In this document: positions 34,443 through 44,409 of the stretch, piece by piece
How the letters are laid out: each line of letters begins with the position of its first letter
Numbering within the stretch: position 1 is the first letter of the stretch
Assembly: GCA_025043315.1 (NCBI GenBank)
Contig: GCA_025043315.1_4324.1
DNA from: a phage
Reading direction: 5' to 3' (one strand)
DNA length: 46,202 bases
The notes under the pieces: model-generated
Databases searched by the model: none
Told to the model about the DNA's origin: nothing
The model's input: only the letters and a program-made list of their open reading frames with translations
Made by a program: the position numbers and the translations under genes

Positions 34443-37418
34443 TTAGTTGAATCCACGAAGGTAAGCATACGCCCTGCCGCCCTGCTGGAAAGACTGAGCA
34501 ATCTCTTCCGCTACGATTGCCTTGACGCCGTTTTGCAATGCTTTAGCTTGCTCTGGGTCGCTACCCACCCCCGAGTTTACGTTAACAGTGATTCCGCTAA
34601 CATTAACATCCGTTCCACCAGAAACCAAACCGCCACTTGCATAACCAGATGGACCACCAACCGCGCCGCCGTTTGCATATCCCTTCATTAGAGCGTAAAG
34701 GTTTTTTACGCCAATTCTGCTAGTCGCTTCTTTTGTGAATACGAACTCACCGCGGTGTACCGTTCCTGCTGGCTGATACTTACCACCATCACCAGTATAG
34801 CCGCCGCCAGCAAAACCTATGGCAGATGCAATTGAACCAATAGCACCACCTGTGCCACCGAAGCTACTTAAGCTAGACTCGATAGCCTTGACAACAAGAA
34901 GCTGAGTTGCAATCTTGGCGATCTGCTTAAGAATGTTAACCGTGAATTCCCTGAAATTAGTCTCGCCAGTTGTTACAAGGTTTGTAATCTGGTCGGTAAT
35001 ACCTTCAAAGACCGTTGTGGTTAAACTTCCAGCAATTGAGAATGCATCCGTCGCGCTCTCAGCCCAATTAGCAAAGGATTGATTCACGCCAGCGAGCCAG
35101 TTTTCACGTAGCGCATCCTCCTGAGCATAAAAGTTACGTCTTGCTTCGAGAAGTTGCGCGAAATCTACGTCATCAAGAGAACCACCAGCATTAACCTGAT
35201 TGGACTGAAGAGCCTGAATCTCTTTGGCTCTCTGCTGCTCCCGAGAAGACAGGCCAGCACCCAAATTAATATTGCTTGCCTCATTGTTAATCTGAAGAAT
35301 CTTCTTGCGGTTATCTTCAGCTAACTTATTGGCACGCTCCTGCAAAACAATCTGATCGCCTAACTCAGCTTTCTGCCTTGCGAGTGCAAGAACTTTATCC
35401 TTCTCAATGAGAAGTCTTGCTTGCTCTTTGGTAATTGAGCCATCAATTTGCCTCTGCTCAAGAATCTGGAATTTAGCCTCTTCCTGAAGGTACTGCTTGC
35501 GCTCATTACTTATTACTGCGCCAATATCCCTGTTTTCCTGAAGTACCTTTAGTTGAGCCTGAAGTGCCAGCACGCCAGATTCGTAACCAATTGTAAGGTC
35601 TCTTTGCTCTTTAGCCCTACCATTTTCTTCTTTCCTGCTCTTCTTGATCGCATCAAGTTCATCCTGAAGCGCCTTCTTCCTTTTTGCAAACTCCTCATCA
35701 GTACCTGACTGCTCATTGGAATTCTGATTTTCCCTGCGTGTAACGTAACCAAGTTCTCCTTCTCTGATTCTGGCATCTCTCTCCCTGATAGACTTCTCTA
35801 GCTCAAGGTTTTGCTTCTTGGCGGCATCGATAATCTTCTGCTGACTCTTGATTACATCATCACCGACACCATCAAGGCCTGGGATATTCTGCAATGCCTG
35901 AGTTGCACTAATTACAAACTCACCAATCAGCGCGTCACCTTGGTTAATGAAGACCTTAATCTGTTCAATTGTCCCGGCTATTACATCAACAAACAGGTTT
36001 AGAGCCCCAACCGTTCTGCGACTAATTGCATCCCATACATCAGATATGTACTTCCTGAAGTCACTCCAGGCCAATTCAAGAGGAGTAAGCTGGGCTGCAA
36101 TATCGTTAAGGTTTGCTTCCTGTGATTTGCTAAATATATCAATGGCAGCAGTTACGGCTTCAACCTCACCCCTAGTCTCTCTCAATCTTTCAATTGTTGT
36201 TAACTGCCCCTGTGTAAGGAAGTTAAACCTCTTGTCTAAATCAGCAAGTCCTTGAATTGGGTCGCTCGCAATCTGGTTATAGTAACCAGTAATCTCCTTC
36301 GCATCCCTACCTGTCAACTGCGCCCATCTGGCGGTTGATTTGGTAATCTTGTCAATCTGAGTCAGCGTAAGGTTCCCTTGCTCAATAAGGCTTGTTGCGA
36401 TGCTAGTCACAAGTCCTCTTGTAGCACCAGTAGCGTCAGAAACAGAGCTAACCAACTCTCTAACCTGCGAGATTGATGCGATTGTAGAGTTGTTGGAGAA
36501 TGCAATCGCAGAATTTAATGCTCTGAATTCACTCTCTGCCTGAGCGGCACCGATACCGAGAGCAACAAGTGCCCCACCCAAAACGCCAACAGCAACATTG
36601 AATGGATTTAAGGCTGCGAGCGCGAATCTAAAGGTGTTACCAATACCTCCAAATGCATCCTTAATTTGTCCGCCTTGCTGAATTGCAATAAGCCAAATCG
36701 GAATGCCGCCAGCAAGTGATGTCCCAATATCTGTAATCTGCGCTGGCAATTGAGAGATTGCAGCCTTGTATTGACCTGCGCTTAATCCTGATTTCTGAAA
36801 AGCCTTACTCTGAGCAATTAACTGGGTGTTTGCCTTCTTTGATGCATCGGCGATTCTGTCAATAATAGGCGCCGCCTGAGAACTTACGCCAAGCTGAGCA
36901 GCTTGTAGCTTAAGATACTCCTCACGCGTCAATGTTGCCGCTTGAGCCTGACGCTCAAGTGATGCAATGAACCTATCCGCTTCAACCTTTGCCTTTGCCT
37001 TATCCTTTGCAGCTTGCGCTGCCGCTCTACCCTCTTCAGTTAGCGCCGCACGTGAACGAGCAAGTTTTGCGTTCTGCGTTTCAAGAGCCTCACCTAAGCG
37101 GAAAAACTCCTCATCAGGAACAACGCCAGCTGCGAATGCCTTATCAAGACCTACTGCCGCCTCCTGAAGTTTACGGAATTTTGCAGCCGTTGGGTCGATA
37201 GCTGTTTGCAACTTAGCCAGAGATGCTTTCTGCTCAGCCAGTGCGCGAGCCGTATCTCTAGCCTGGGTTTTAGCAACCTGCTCGGCATTTACGAACTCAC
37301 TAATCCCAGAGGCAGCCTGTTGGTTGGCCTGTCTGAACTTTTGCAGGGATTGCGTGCCCCTATCGACTTGCGAGACGTCTACGGCTAGTGTGATTCCGGC
37401 TAATTCATTTGTTGCCAT
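34443..37418 (-). CDS. tail tape measure protein
   Basis: 991 aa, long Ala/Gln/Glu-rich coiled-coil region, Gly-rich C-terminus; follows G/GT chaperones. Confidence 0.85.
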   Translation of the reverse strand: MATNELAGITLAVDVSQVDRGTQSLQKFRQANQQAASGISEFVNAEQVAKTQARDTARALAEQKASLAKLQTAIDPTAAKFRKLQEAAVGLDKAFAAGVVPDEEFFRLGEALETQNAKLARSRAALTEEGRAAAQAAKDKAKAKVEADRFIASLERQAQAATLTREEYLKLQAAQLGVSSQAAPIIDRIADASKKANTQLIAQSKAFQKSGLSAGQYKAAISQLPAQITDIGTSLAGGIPIWLIAIQQGGQIKDAFGGIGNTFRFALAALNPFNVAVGVLGGALVALGIGAAQAESEFRALNSAIAFSNNSTIASISQVRELVSSVSDATGATRGLVTSIATSLIEQGNLTLTQIDKITKSTARWAQLTGRDAKEITGYYNQIASDPIQGLADLDKRFNFLTQGQLTTIERLRETRGEVEAVTAAIDIFSKSQEANLNDIAAQLTPLELAWSDFRKYISDVWDAISRRTVGALNLFVDVIAGTIEQIKVFINQGDALIGEFVISATQALQNIPGLDGVGDDVIKSQQKIIDAAKKQNLELEKSIRERDARIREGELGYVTRRENQNSNEQSGTDEEFAKRKKALQDELDAIKKSRKEENGRAKEQRDLTIGYESGVLALQAQLKVLQENRDIGAVISNERKQYLQEEAKFQILEQRQIDGSITKEQARLLIEKDKVLALARQKAELGDQIVLQERANKLAEDNRKKILQINNEASNINLGAGLSSREQQRAKEIQALQSNQVNAGGSLDDVDFAQLLEARRNFYAQEDALRENWLAGVNQSFANWAESATDAFSIAGSLTTTVFEGITDQITNLVTTGETNFREFTVNILKQIAKIATQLLVVKAIESSLSSFGGTGGAIGSIASAIGFAGGGYTGDGGKYQPAGTVHRGEFVFTKEATSRIGVKNLYALMKGYANGGAVGGPSGYASGGLVSGGTDVNVSGITVNVNSGVGSDPEQAKALQNGVKAIVAEEIAQSFQQGGRAYAYLRGFN

Positions 37419-37453
37419 CTAAGCCTCCATAATAGAAAACCCGCCGAAGCGGG

Positions 37454-37765
37454 TTATTTTTTTCTCAGGTTATCCATCATCTCGAGAGCCTTAGCTTCAA
37501 GGATGCGTAAATCACTGAGCACCAATTCTTCTTCTGAGACATTATACACTCTAAAGAGGAAATTTAGCACGTTGTAATCTAACCCTGTAGCTCCGTTAGC
37601 TCCGACTCTCCACTGTGTCGCCATTGAACAATAAATGTCCCACGCCTTCATCATGTTTTCGTCGAAGTGTAAAACTTCAGGCTCTTCATCTTCGTAATCA
37701 GAGCGGCGCATCCCAATAGCTTCCAGTTCGGCATCAGTTGGCTCTGACTGGTACTGTAGATACAC
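37454..37765 (-). CDS. tail assembly chaperone, T-like frame, expressed as G-T fusion by -1 frameshift
   Basis: in the -1 frame relative to 37774..38088; frame open back to the slippery site. Confidence 0.55.
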   Translation of the reverse strand: MYLQYQSEPTDAELEAIGMRRSDYEDEEPEVLHFDENMMKAWDIYCSMATQWRVGANGATGLDYNVLNFLFRVYNVSEEELVLSDLRILEAKALEMMDNLRKK

Positions 37766-37773
37766 CGCCCTCT

Positions 37774-38088
37774 TTAGTTTTTTACACGCTGACCAGCCAG
37801 TGCTTGCATATAGGCGGTAGTTAGCGCAACGGTTGAAGCCGGGAACAGGTCGGAGAACTCATTAACGTTATCCTCGTTGTATTCCTCTTCCAAATCCCAA
37901 TCAGAGGCAATTGCCATGATAAGCTCTTTGGTGCTCAAATCTTCCTTGCTAAGCAATTCCTGCAGCTCTGAAGTCTTCTTGTGCTTAACTGTAAAGATAA
38001 CCTCTACATCCTGGTCGTTAGCCAGCTTGAATTTTACAGGCAGCTTAAAGTCAGGGAGTGCTGCCAGTGAAAGTTTGAACTTTGCCAT
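37774..38088 (-). CDS. tail assembly chaperone, G-like
   Basis: 104 aa acidic protein ending ...AGQRVKN; slippery heptamer A-AAA-AAC at 37777-37783. Confidence 0.6.
   Translation of the reverse strand: MAKFKLSLAALPDFKLPVKFKLANDQDVEVIFTVKHKKTSELQELLSKEDLSTKELIMAIASDWDLEEEYNEDNVNEFSDLFPASTVALTTAYMQALAGQRVKN
37777..37783 (-). other. candidate programmed -1 ribosomal frameshift site (A AAA AAC)
   Basis: heptamer in X-XXY-YYZ phase at the last two codons of the G-like ORF. Confidence 0.55.
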
Positions 38089-38127
38089 CTTAGTTAATCC
38101 TCTTATTGTTTGTGAGTATGTATTCTA

Positions 38128-38376
38128 TTACTTAGTGTTTTCTTTTGCAATCTTAGTAGCTGAGTCCTTACAAACCTCTTTGCCATATTTCATGATTTGA
38201 TCAACTTTGCCACCCACAAGTTCCTGGCATGCTCGCTCAGCTTTAGCAAACTCAACAGTATATTTGTTTGCCTTGCTGTTTGCATCGGCATCGCCAGTTG
38301 GGTTGACAATCTGAACTACTGCATAAAAAGCAACCAGAACCGCAGTAAGCTTGATGATGTTTTTAACGTTATTCAT
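38128..38376 (-). CDS. small secreted or membrane-anchored protein (moron candidate)
   Basis: N-terminal hydrophobic signal IIKLTAVLVAFYAVVQI; own promoter module upstream. Confidence 0.5.
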   Translation of the reverse strand: MNNVKNIIKLTAVLVAFYAVVQIVNPTGDADANSKANKYTVEFAKAERACQELVGGKVDQIMKYGKEVCKDSATKIAKENTK

Positions 38377-38409
38377 TTAATTAATCTCTCATTTCGTTTC
38401 GATGAGTTA

Positions 38410-38452
38410 ACTATACAGGAAGATTGGATTAACGCTTTAGCAAAAAGTGCTA
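38410..38452 (-). promoter_or_regulatory. palindromic promoter module (TAGCAAAAAGTGCTA 38438-38452; TATAGT 38410-38415)
   Basis: 22-bp spacer; leader TAACTCATCGAAACGAAATGAGAGA. Confidence 0.55.
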
Positions 38453-38455
38453 TGC

Positions 38456-38482
38456 AATAAAAAAACCCTCCGAAGAGGGTTT
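38456..38482 (-). terminator. strong rho-independent terminator after major tail gene (AACCCTC-CGAA-GAGGGTT plus T-run)
   Basis: 7-bp stem 38464-38481; A-run 38457-38463. Confidence 0.7.
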
Positions 38483-38487
38483 GTGTT

Positions 38488-39144
38488 TTAAACTTCAGCT
38501 GCCACAGAGGACAGTCTACCACGAATGGATACAGCGATGGATACCGTTTCGATTTCGTTAACACCAATGGTAGGGGTGTCGTTGAAAGCGATAGTGCCGG
38601 ACTGCAAACGCATTTCCTGAGCGCGAGGTACAAACAGACGAATGGCAACAACCTGGCCTGACTCATCGTAGTTACGCAGAACCGGATAAACCGGGTTAGT
38701 GTACTCATGAGCGAAGGTGAAGGTATTCGTTACCGCAGACTTGTAAGTTGGAATCTGCTGTTCGCGGTCATCAGAAAGGCACTGGAAGCTAACAAACTGC
38801 TGTTCGCCGCCGTCAGTAGATACATCCTGAACGCACGGAACTTCGAACCAGGAAGTAATCTTAACAACTTCACCAGTTAAGCCGGCCGGGAACTTGGTGG
38901 TGTTGGAGGTATCAATACCTTCAACTGTTACCGAAGTGCCAGAAACTTCAGTTACTCGAACCTGCTTGTCACTAAGAAGCGTGGAGCTGGAGGCGGTAAA
39001 CAGAAGGTAGTCACCCTTAGCCAGGCCGGATGCGCTAGCTACGGTTAAAACTGGTTTAGGTGCGTTAGAGATTGCAGTTACATCAATTGTGTTACCGCGA
39101 GAGCCTTCTACGAAGACCTGCGTGCCATTGCTGAGATGAGCCAT
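38488..39144 (-). CDS. putative major tail protein
   Basis: 218 aa ORF immediately upstream of chaperones and followed by a strong terminator. Confidence 0.6.
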   Translation of the reverse strand: MAHLSNGTQVFVEGSRGNTIDVTAISNAPKPVLTVASASGLAKGDYLLFTASSSTLLSDKQVRVTEVSGTSVTVEGIDTSNTTKFPAGLTGEVVKITSWFEVPCVQDVSTDGGEQQFVSFQCLSDDREQQIPTYKSAVTNTFTFAHEYTNPVYPVLRNYDESGQVVAIRLFVPRAQEMRLQSGTIAFNDTPTIGVNEIETVSIAVSIRGRLSSVAAEV

Positions 39145-39159
39145 GTATTTTTCCTTTTG

Positions 39160-39561
39160 TTAGTCTAGACGAACATAAAAATGAACCGGGATAAACCACC
39201 CAGACTTGGATTTGATAACCGGGTCAACAACTCCAGACTCATAAATGGTCCCGATGTCAAGCATTGTACCATCAACGATAGATTCTGCCAATTGATTAGC
39301 GATTTGTCTCGGCTTGTCAATGCCAGTCCCAGGGCTGAAGAAAACAGAAATCTGCACCATGCCTACGTAGTATTTGCACTTCCTGCTTAATCCGTATGTC
39401 ACAGTATCAACTTCCGTGTAGTCATACTTTAGCCAGATAGAGCCATCCGCTGGAGGAGTGAAAGCAACGTTTTCCCAAGATACTGGATATCTGACTGGGA
39501 AGCTGCTCACCAGCAAATCATTAACATATTTCCTGGCAGCTATAGACAATTCATAATGCAC
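39160..39561 (-). CDS. putative tail completion / neck protein
   Basis: 133 aa ORF between head-tail joining genes and major tail; call positional. Confidence 0.4.
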   Translation of the reverse strand: MHYELSIAARKYVNDLLVSSFPVRYPVSWENVAFTPPADGSIWLKYDYTEVDTVTYGLSRKCKYYVGMVQISVFFSPGTGIDKPRQIANQLAESIVDGTMLDIGTIYESGVVDPVIKSKSGWFIPVHFYVRLD

Positions 39562-40000
39562 GCTTAGCCTCCTCTACTGCTTCCTGAAAGTATCGACCAA
39601 GCCGCATCTGAACAATCCTAATAATGCCGTTTGGTGCCTGACCCGAGCCGCCATACTCAAGGTGAATTGAGTAATCAAGCCTGTTTGTTATGTAAATAAC
39701 TTTGGTTCCCTTTGCTCTGGCTACCGCCCTTGCCTGTCTTGCTAGTGCTCTTTTGGTCTCTGTTCCAAGTTTATCATAGTCAATTACTGACTGCTGAGCC
39801 GGGGAGTTAGCTGTTATTTGCCAGTTGGCTTTGAACCTGCCAGTGTCAACTGGTGACTGATCTACCAACCCCTTAGCTGTGTTGATAATGGTTCCTGCAA
39901 CAACCTCTTCAACTCCAGACTCAACCTTATCTATCCACTCAGAAATGGAGCGGCTAAATTCAATAACCCCGCCATTATCCTTCGGTATAAAACTAGCCAT
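39551..40000 (-). CDS. putative head-tail joining protein
   Basis: start moved to ATG at 39998-40000 with GGGTGG SD (track 40039). Confidence 0.4.
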   Translation of the reverse strand: MASFIPKDNGGVIEFSRSISEWIDKVESGVEEVVAGTIINTAKGLVDQSPVDTGRFKANWQITANSPAQQSVIDYDKLGTETKRALARQARAVARAKGTKVIYITNRLDYSIHLEYGGSGQAPNGIIRIVQMRLGRYFQEAVEEAKRAL

Positions 40001-40364
40001 AAGTAGCCACCCTACGAAGGATTGGTCTATATCCAACAACTGTGCCGGTTGGTTTTACAGGTCGCGGGTCAACAACAACGAAAGTCTCACCATCAACCTT
40101 AATCTGATAACCCTGATTAATTTCCACCTGTGCCGTGAAGATTCCGCGTTTATCGCCAAACTGGATAAACTCACCATCTATATCGCGCGTCTTGATTTCT
40201 CGCACTAAGCCTTTTAACTGGAATGTTTGCGCTGGCACTTCTACCTCAACGCCGTTAACGATTTCAACATATCCAGCGCCAGTACTCATTTCATAAACGC
40301 CATTTGCATCACTAAAGAAGTTAATGCCAGCTCGAGTAATTGATTCGATTTCGTTGTAGTTCAT
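39993..40364 (-). CDS. putative head-tail joining protein
   Basis: start moved to ATG 40362-40364 (MNYNEIESI...) giving ATGA overlap with upstream gene. Confidence 0.4.
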   Translation of the reverse strand: MNYNEIESITRAGINFFSDANGVYEMSTGAGYVEIVNGVEVEVPAQTFQLKGLVREIKTRDIDGEFIQFGDKRGIFTAQVEINQGYQIKVDGETFVVVDPRPVKPTGTVVGYRPILRRVATYG

Positions 40365-40762
40365 CGGCAACCACACCCACCGCCACCAGCGGAAGTAATC
40401 AATCCAAATCCACCGCCTTTCTTGCGGAGCAGTGCTTTGTACATACGGCCCCATGAGGAAGATGATAAATCACCCTGGATTGCTGATTGGTTATCATATG
40501 TGATAGAGAACTCACCGCTCAGTGCATAACTTGCCATTCTACGACTGTATGTTTCCAGGCCTTCATTCTCGCCCTTAAACGCGCCATCAGCAAGCATTAG
40601 GTGCAGCGCGTAAAGGCCAACAGCCTTATCTTTGTCTGCTCCAAACTTGCTTTCGCATACATATAGACGTGCCAAATCAATCCATACATTAATTGCTTCG
40701 TCATCCACCGCTTTAAGCGCAGGAACAAGAGAGCGCATAAACGCCAAAATTGCATCATTCAT
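40361..40762 (-). CDS. putative head-tail connector / packaging-associated protein
   Basis: start at ATG 40760-40762 with GGAG SD (track TTG 40777); Gly-rich C-terminus. Confidence 0.4.
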   Translation of the reverse strand: MNDAILAFMRSLVPALKAVDDEAINVWIDLARLYVCESKFGADKDKAVGLYALHLMLADGAFKGENEGLETYSRRMASYALSGEFSITYDNQSAIQGDLSSSSWGRMYKALLRKKGGGFGLITSAGGGGCGCR

Positions 40763-40803
40763 ATTAGCTCCATACAATAAAGGACGCCGAAGCGCCCTGT
40801 TTG

Positions 40804-41049
40804 TTATTTGTACTCGTTACCAGTCTCAGCTTCGGAGATGGTTTTCGGTTCTTTGCGCTTTTTCTTGCTAACAATTTCTTGCGCGATTTGCTTGGTTGCT
40901 TTAGCGTCACCTTCAATAGTGAGTTTACCCTCTGCGATTAAACGCTTGAGTCCGTCGCAAATTACATCAACCTCGAAAGTGTCACCAGGCAAATATTTCT
41001 CACCCTTGTAAACGATAAGGCAAGCGCCGGTGTGTTCTAAACGAATCAT
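40804..41049 (-). CDS. hypothetical protein
   Basis: 81 aa ORF downstream of capsid terminator. Confidence 0.4.
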   Translation of the reverse strand: MIRLEHTGACLIVYKGEKYLPGDTFEVDVICDGLKRLIAEGKLTIEGDAKATKQIAQEIVSKKKRKEPKTISEAETGNEYK

Positions 41050-41112
41050 TTTTGTCTCCTTTGTTTATCTGGTTGAGTGATTATAACCCAACAATCCCAT
41101 TTGGTACAGACG

Positions 41113-41136
41113 TAAAAAAGCCCTCCGAAGAGGGCG
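41113..41136 (-). terminator. rho-independent terminator after major capsid gene (GCCCTC-CGAA-GAGGGC plus T6)
   Basis: stem 41120-41135, A-run 41114-41119. Confidence 0.7.
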
Positions 41137-41141
41137 ATTTA

Positions 41142-42083
41142 TTACGCGAAGGTGATACCTTTCATTACAGCCATCGTCAGTGGACGATAAACGATCAAAC
41201 CTGTAGCTTTTGATGTTACAGGGTACTTAAAGTGCAAGTCCTTAGGTTGCCCTGGAAGAACGTTGGTAGCTTCCGGAACCTCGATAGACATATTGAGTGG
41301 ACTCTTCTCAAACGCCAGAGCAGCCTTACCACCTGCGCCATCGTAGTTGTCCAGGATCTGCAGATAACGCAGATTGATTCCCGAGTTGTTGGTAGCGAAC
41401 AGCTGCGCGTAACTGATAGAGGTGTTGGGAACCAGCTCTTGCATCAGGCGGCGAGCGGAAGCAGGCAGCAAGATATCAGTTGCGGTGTGAGTGCCATTGG
41501 TCGAAGTCTCGATTGCATCAATAAGTGCGGTGATGTCAGTCATGGCAGCAGCTGCGGAGTTCCACGTACCACCAACAACGTTGTTGATGTTCGGATGGTT
41601 GAATACGCTAGTGATACCGTGCGGAGCAGAGCCAGACCAAACCAGCTTATCAAGCAGATTGTCGTGCGCTTCGAAAGCAAGTTCCTGCTTGCGAGTTGAC
41701 AGAGACTGACCAGTTGCAGCACTAGCTTTAATTTCATCAGTAGAAATCAGGAATGCGTTACCGAAACGGAACACTTTGCCTTGTTTCTCGGTCATAAACG
41801 CATCAACCAGCGGCAGGTCGTCAGAGTAATCTGCGATAATCTGCGCAATACCAACGCCATCAAATTCTGGATATTCGAAATACTTCGCATGGCCGGGGAT
41901 TTCATTGGTTACAGGGAAGATATTAACAACGGAGTTTTCTGCGTATTCTTTTTCGTAAGCGCGATTCAGAGCAGCAGTAAGCTGGCTAACAGTCCAGATA
42001 CCAGCGGCATCTGCTTTATCTACGCCCATCTGCTCGAGGTGGGCGGTGATTTTTGCTTGTTCTGCATCAAATCTAATGGCCAT
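41142..42083 (-). CDS. major capsid protein
   Basis: 313 aa ORF looking like an HK97-type capsid protein by eye; followed by strong terminator. Confidence 0.75.
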   Translation of the reverse strand: MAIRFDAEQAKITAHLEQMGVDKADAAGIWTVSQLTAALNRAYEKEYAENSVVNIFPVTNEIPGHAKYFEYPEFDGVGIAQIIADYSDDLPLVDAFMTEKQGKVFRFGNAFLISTDEIKASAATGQSLSTRKQELAFEAHDNLLDKLVWSGSAPHGITSVFNHPNINNVVGGTWNSAAAAMTDITALIDAIETSTNGTHTATDILLPASARRLMQELVPNTSISYAQLFATNNSGINLRYLQILDNYDGAGGKAALAFEKSPLNMSIEVPEATNVLPGQPKDLHFKYPVTSKATGLIVYRPLTMAVMKGITFA

Positions 42084-42175
42084 TCTTTATTGTTCCTTTT
42101 CAGTTATGTGTCTACGGATTCATTATACAGTAGGGCGACCGCAAATCAACAGATAAGTTAGTCGCCCATAATTCG

Positions 42176-42748
42176 TTAGCTCGAGATGATCTTAGCTACG
42201 CGAAGTTGCGCGAGAAGGTTGTTTAGCTTAGTGCCTACCGCGTTAACTGCAGCGGTAGCTGATGTGGCCACTTCAGCGGCTTCAGCACCAGTCACGGTCT
42301 GGCTACCGACGTCATCGACAGCCGCACCTGCAACAAACTTATTGCCAGGCATGGCTTGGTTTGCACCAGTACCAACAATCGGGGCAAAAGTGGCTGGTTT
42401 TCCGGTTACGTCAGCCCAAGATACTGAAACAGCACCGCCTGAACTTCCTTTATATGCGTAAGCAAAGAACTGTCCTGGCGACAGGCTCAGGCTTGATGTA
42501 TCAATGGTAAATCCGTCATTAGAAGCGGTCTCAATATCTTCGAACAACTTTCGCATATTGGTTGAAGTGATCACCTTGGCTTCAGTGATTGAACTATCAG
42601 CGCCCTTGGCGACAACTATTGAATATGACTGAGAGCCATTTACCGTAATTTTACTTACTGGCTGAAAGCCTGCTGTGATAGCTGCTTGCAATAGTGCATT
42701 GAATCGTCCGCTATCTGCGTTGATAGCCTTAACTTCGGTGTAAGCCAT
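42176..42748 (-). CDS. hypothetical structural protein (Ala/Gly/Thr-rich)
   Basis: 190 aa ORF between decoration-like gene and capsid gene. Confidence 0.45.
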   Translation of the reverse strand: MAYTEVKAINADSGRFNALLQAAITAGFQPVSKITVNGSQSYSIVVAKGADSSITEAKVITSTNMRKLFEDIETASNDGFTIDTSSLSLSPGQFFAYAYKGSSGGAVSVSWADVTGKPATFAPIVGTGANQAMPGNKFVAGAAVDDVGSQTVTGAEAAEVATSATAAVNAVGTKLNNLLAQLRVAKIISS

Positions 42749-42803
42749 GTTTAGTCTCCTTTTCTAAGTGAGAATTGAATATAACATGGGAGTAATTTGA
42801 TTA

Positions 42804-42827
42804 CAAAAAAAACCTCCCGAGGGAGGC
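42804..42827 (-). terminator. rho-independent terminator (CCTCCC-TCG-GGAGG plus T-run)
   Basis: stem 42813-42826, A-run 42804-42812. Confidence 0.65.
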
Positions 42828-42846
42828 TTTAATTTGGGTTTAAGGT

Positions 42847-43311
42847 TTACTTTTGTTTAACCTGAACTTCAACAAGTCCATCTACGTCTGCTGGTTTGGT
42901 GCTGGGGATGAATCCACCTGCAAAGGTCCAGCTGGTCTCAACAGTGCCTTCCTTCTGGACGATGCCAGTTGCAGATACTTTAACTGGAGCGCCGAAGACT
43001 ACGTCGGTCGCTAACGAAATATCAGTTCTAACCCAGATTCGACCAGTAGTCATTACGTTAACGGCTTCATTTACGCGAGCAGTGCCATCCGGAGTCTCGT
43101 AGTTAGATCGAACAACTACACCAAGAGCATTACCGGCAACTAGACCACTTGCTTCCACAATCTTGTGCCCATCTACAGGCTGAGCGGTTGTAAACTTAAC
43201 AACAGTGCCAGCCGGGATTGGTGCTGCACCGCCAACTACACAAGCTCCGTCGATGTTATAGAGCGAAGTATCAGAAATCATACCTGCCAGTGCTACGGAA
43301 CGAATTGCCAT
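42847..43311 (-). CDS. putative head decoration / abundant head protein
   Basis: 154 aa ORF followed directly by a strong terminator. Confidence 0.4.
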   Translation of the reverse strand: MAIRSVALAGMISDTSLYNIDGACVVGGAAPIPAGTVVKFTTAQPVDGHKIVEASGLVAGNALGVVVRSNYETPDGTARVNEAVNVMTTGRIWVRTDISLATDVVFGAPVKVSATGIVQKEGTVETSWTFAGGFIPSTKPADVDGLVEVQVKQK

Positions 43312-43323
43312 GTTTATAACTCC

Positions 43324-44409
43324 TTATTTCTTAATTTTAGCTAAACGAGCACGCGGGTCTAATTTCTTAGGCTCTACGGCGCTGTCAGATTTGTCGGAAG
43401 CGGTAGTAGCTTTACGTACTTCAGCCATTTTATCAGATTCTTTGGCAATGTCGAACGCCGCGTCGATGTATGCGTCAGACTTCTCGGAAACATCAAGGCC
43501 GGAGACTTCTTTAACGTAAGCAACTTTAATGCCTTTAGCATCCAGACCGTCGGCCTTAACACCAGCTTCAGCAGCAACAGCAACCAGGGCGGCAATGGCA
43601 TCAGCGTCAGCTTTCGCTTTAGCCACGGCAGCTTCGATTTCAGCAGGCATTGCATCAACTTTAGCTTTCAGTGCATCGCGCTCAGCAATTGCGGTGTCAG
43701 CCTTTGCGTTCAGCGCTTCGATGTGAGAAGCGATTTCTGGGGCGACCTCAAATTCCTGCGCGCCGTCGAGTTTAATCTTAATCATTTCCTGTTTATCCTC
43801 TTTATTGATATCAACGTCAGTAGTATACGGGTTTTCCTGCTCACCGTCCATATTCAATTTGGCAATACCTGCTCTACCTCGATATACCATTGCGAGATGG
43901 TTCACTTTAATGTCACGCTGAATTGCGTCGAACTCCTGCCAACCATCTGGCGCATCGAATTGATCACCATCAGATTTAAGGACGTACTCGCCAGTAACTG
44001 GGTCTCCCCAGCCCGGGGTCTCGTCAAGAATTGCAGAGTATCCAACCGATAACTCTCTGGCGTTACCTGCCATGGCCTCCTGAATCGCCGCGTTATCGTA
44101 AACAACAATTGGGGCAACTACCGAGCTACCTAATGGTTCAGCTTTGCCAGTAACGGAACCTACCACTACCTCTTTAGCGTTATGCGAGTTAACGAAAACA
44201 TGGTCCATAGTCATTGGTTTACCCTGGTAGCTCGCGAGTGATTCATCCTTGAAAACCTCCTCTGCTGGGCGAAACTCTCGAACGGTGCGACCATCCTCGG
44301 TGTAGTAGACCTGCACACCGAGGCGTGCGACTACTGGTGTGTCGACTAGAAATCCATTCTCGTCGATTGTTGCCTTGAACTTTGCGCTGTCATAGCGGAT
44401 TTTACTCAT
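43324..44409 (-). CDS. putative prohead protease / scaffolding protein
   Basis: 361 aa; C-terminal Ala/Lys/Asp-rich coiled-coil; position between minor head protein and capsid. Confidence 0.45.
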   Translation of the reverse strand: MSKIRYDSAKFKATIDENGFLVDTPVVARLGVQVYYTEDGRTVREFRPAEEVFKDESLASYQGKPMTMDHVFVNSHNAKEVVVGSVTGKAEPLGSSVVAPIVVYDNAAIQEAMAGNARELSVGYSAILDETPGWGDPVTGEYVLKSDGDQFDAPDGWQEFDAIQRDIKVNHLAMVYRGRAGIAKLNMDGEQENPYTTDVDINKEDKQEMIKIKLDGAQEFEVAPEIASHIEALNAKADTAIAERDALKAKVDAMPAEIEAAVAKAKADADAIAALVAVAAEAGVKADGLDAKGIKVAYVKEVSGLDVSEKSDAYIDAAFDIAKESDKMAEVRKATTASDKSDSAVEPKKLDPRARLAKIKK

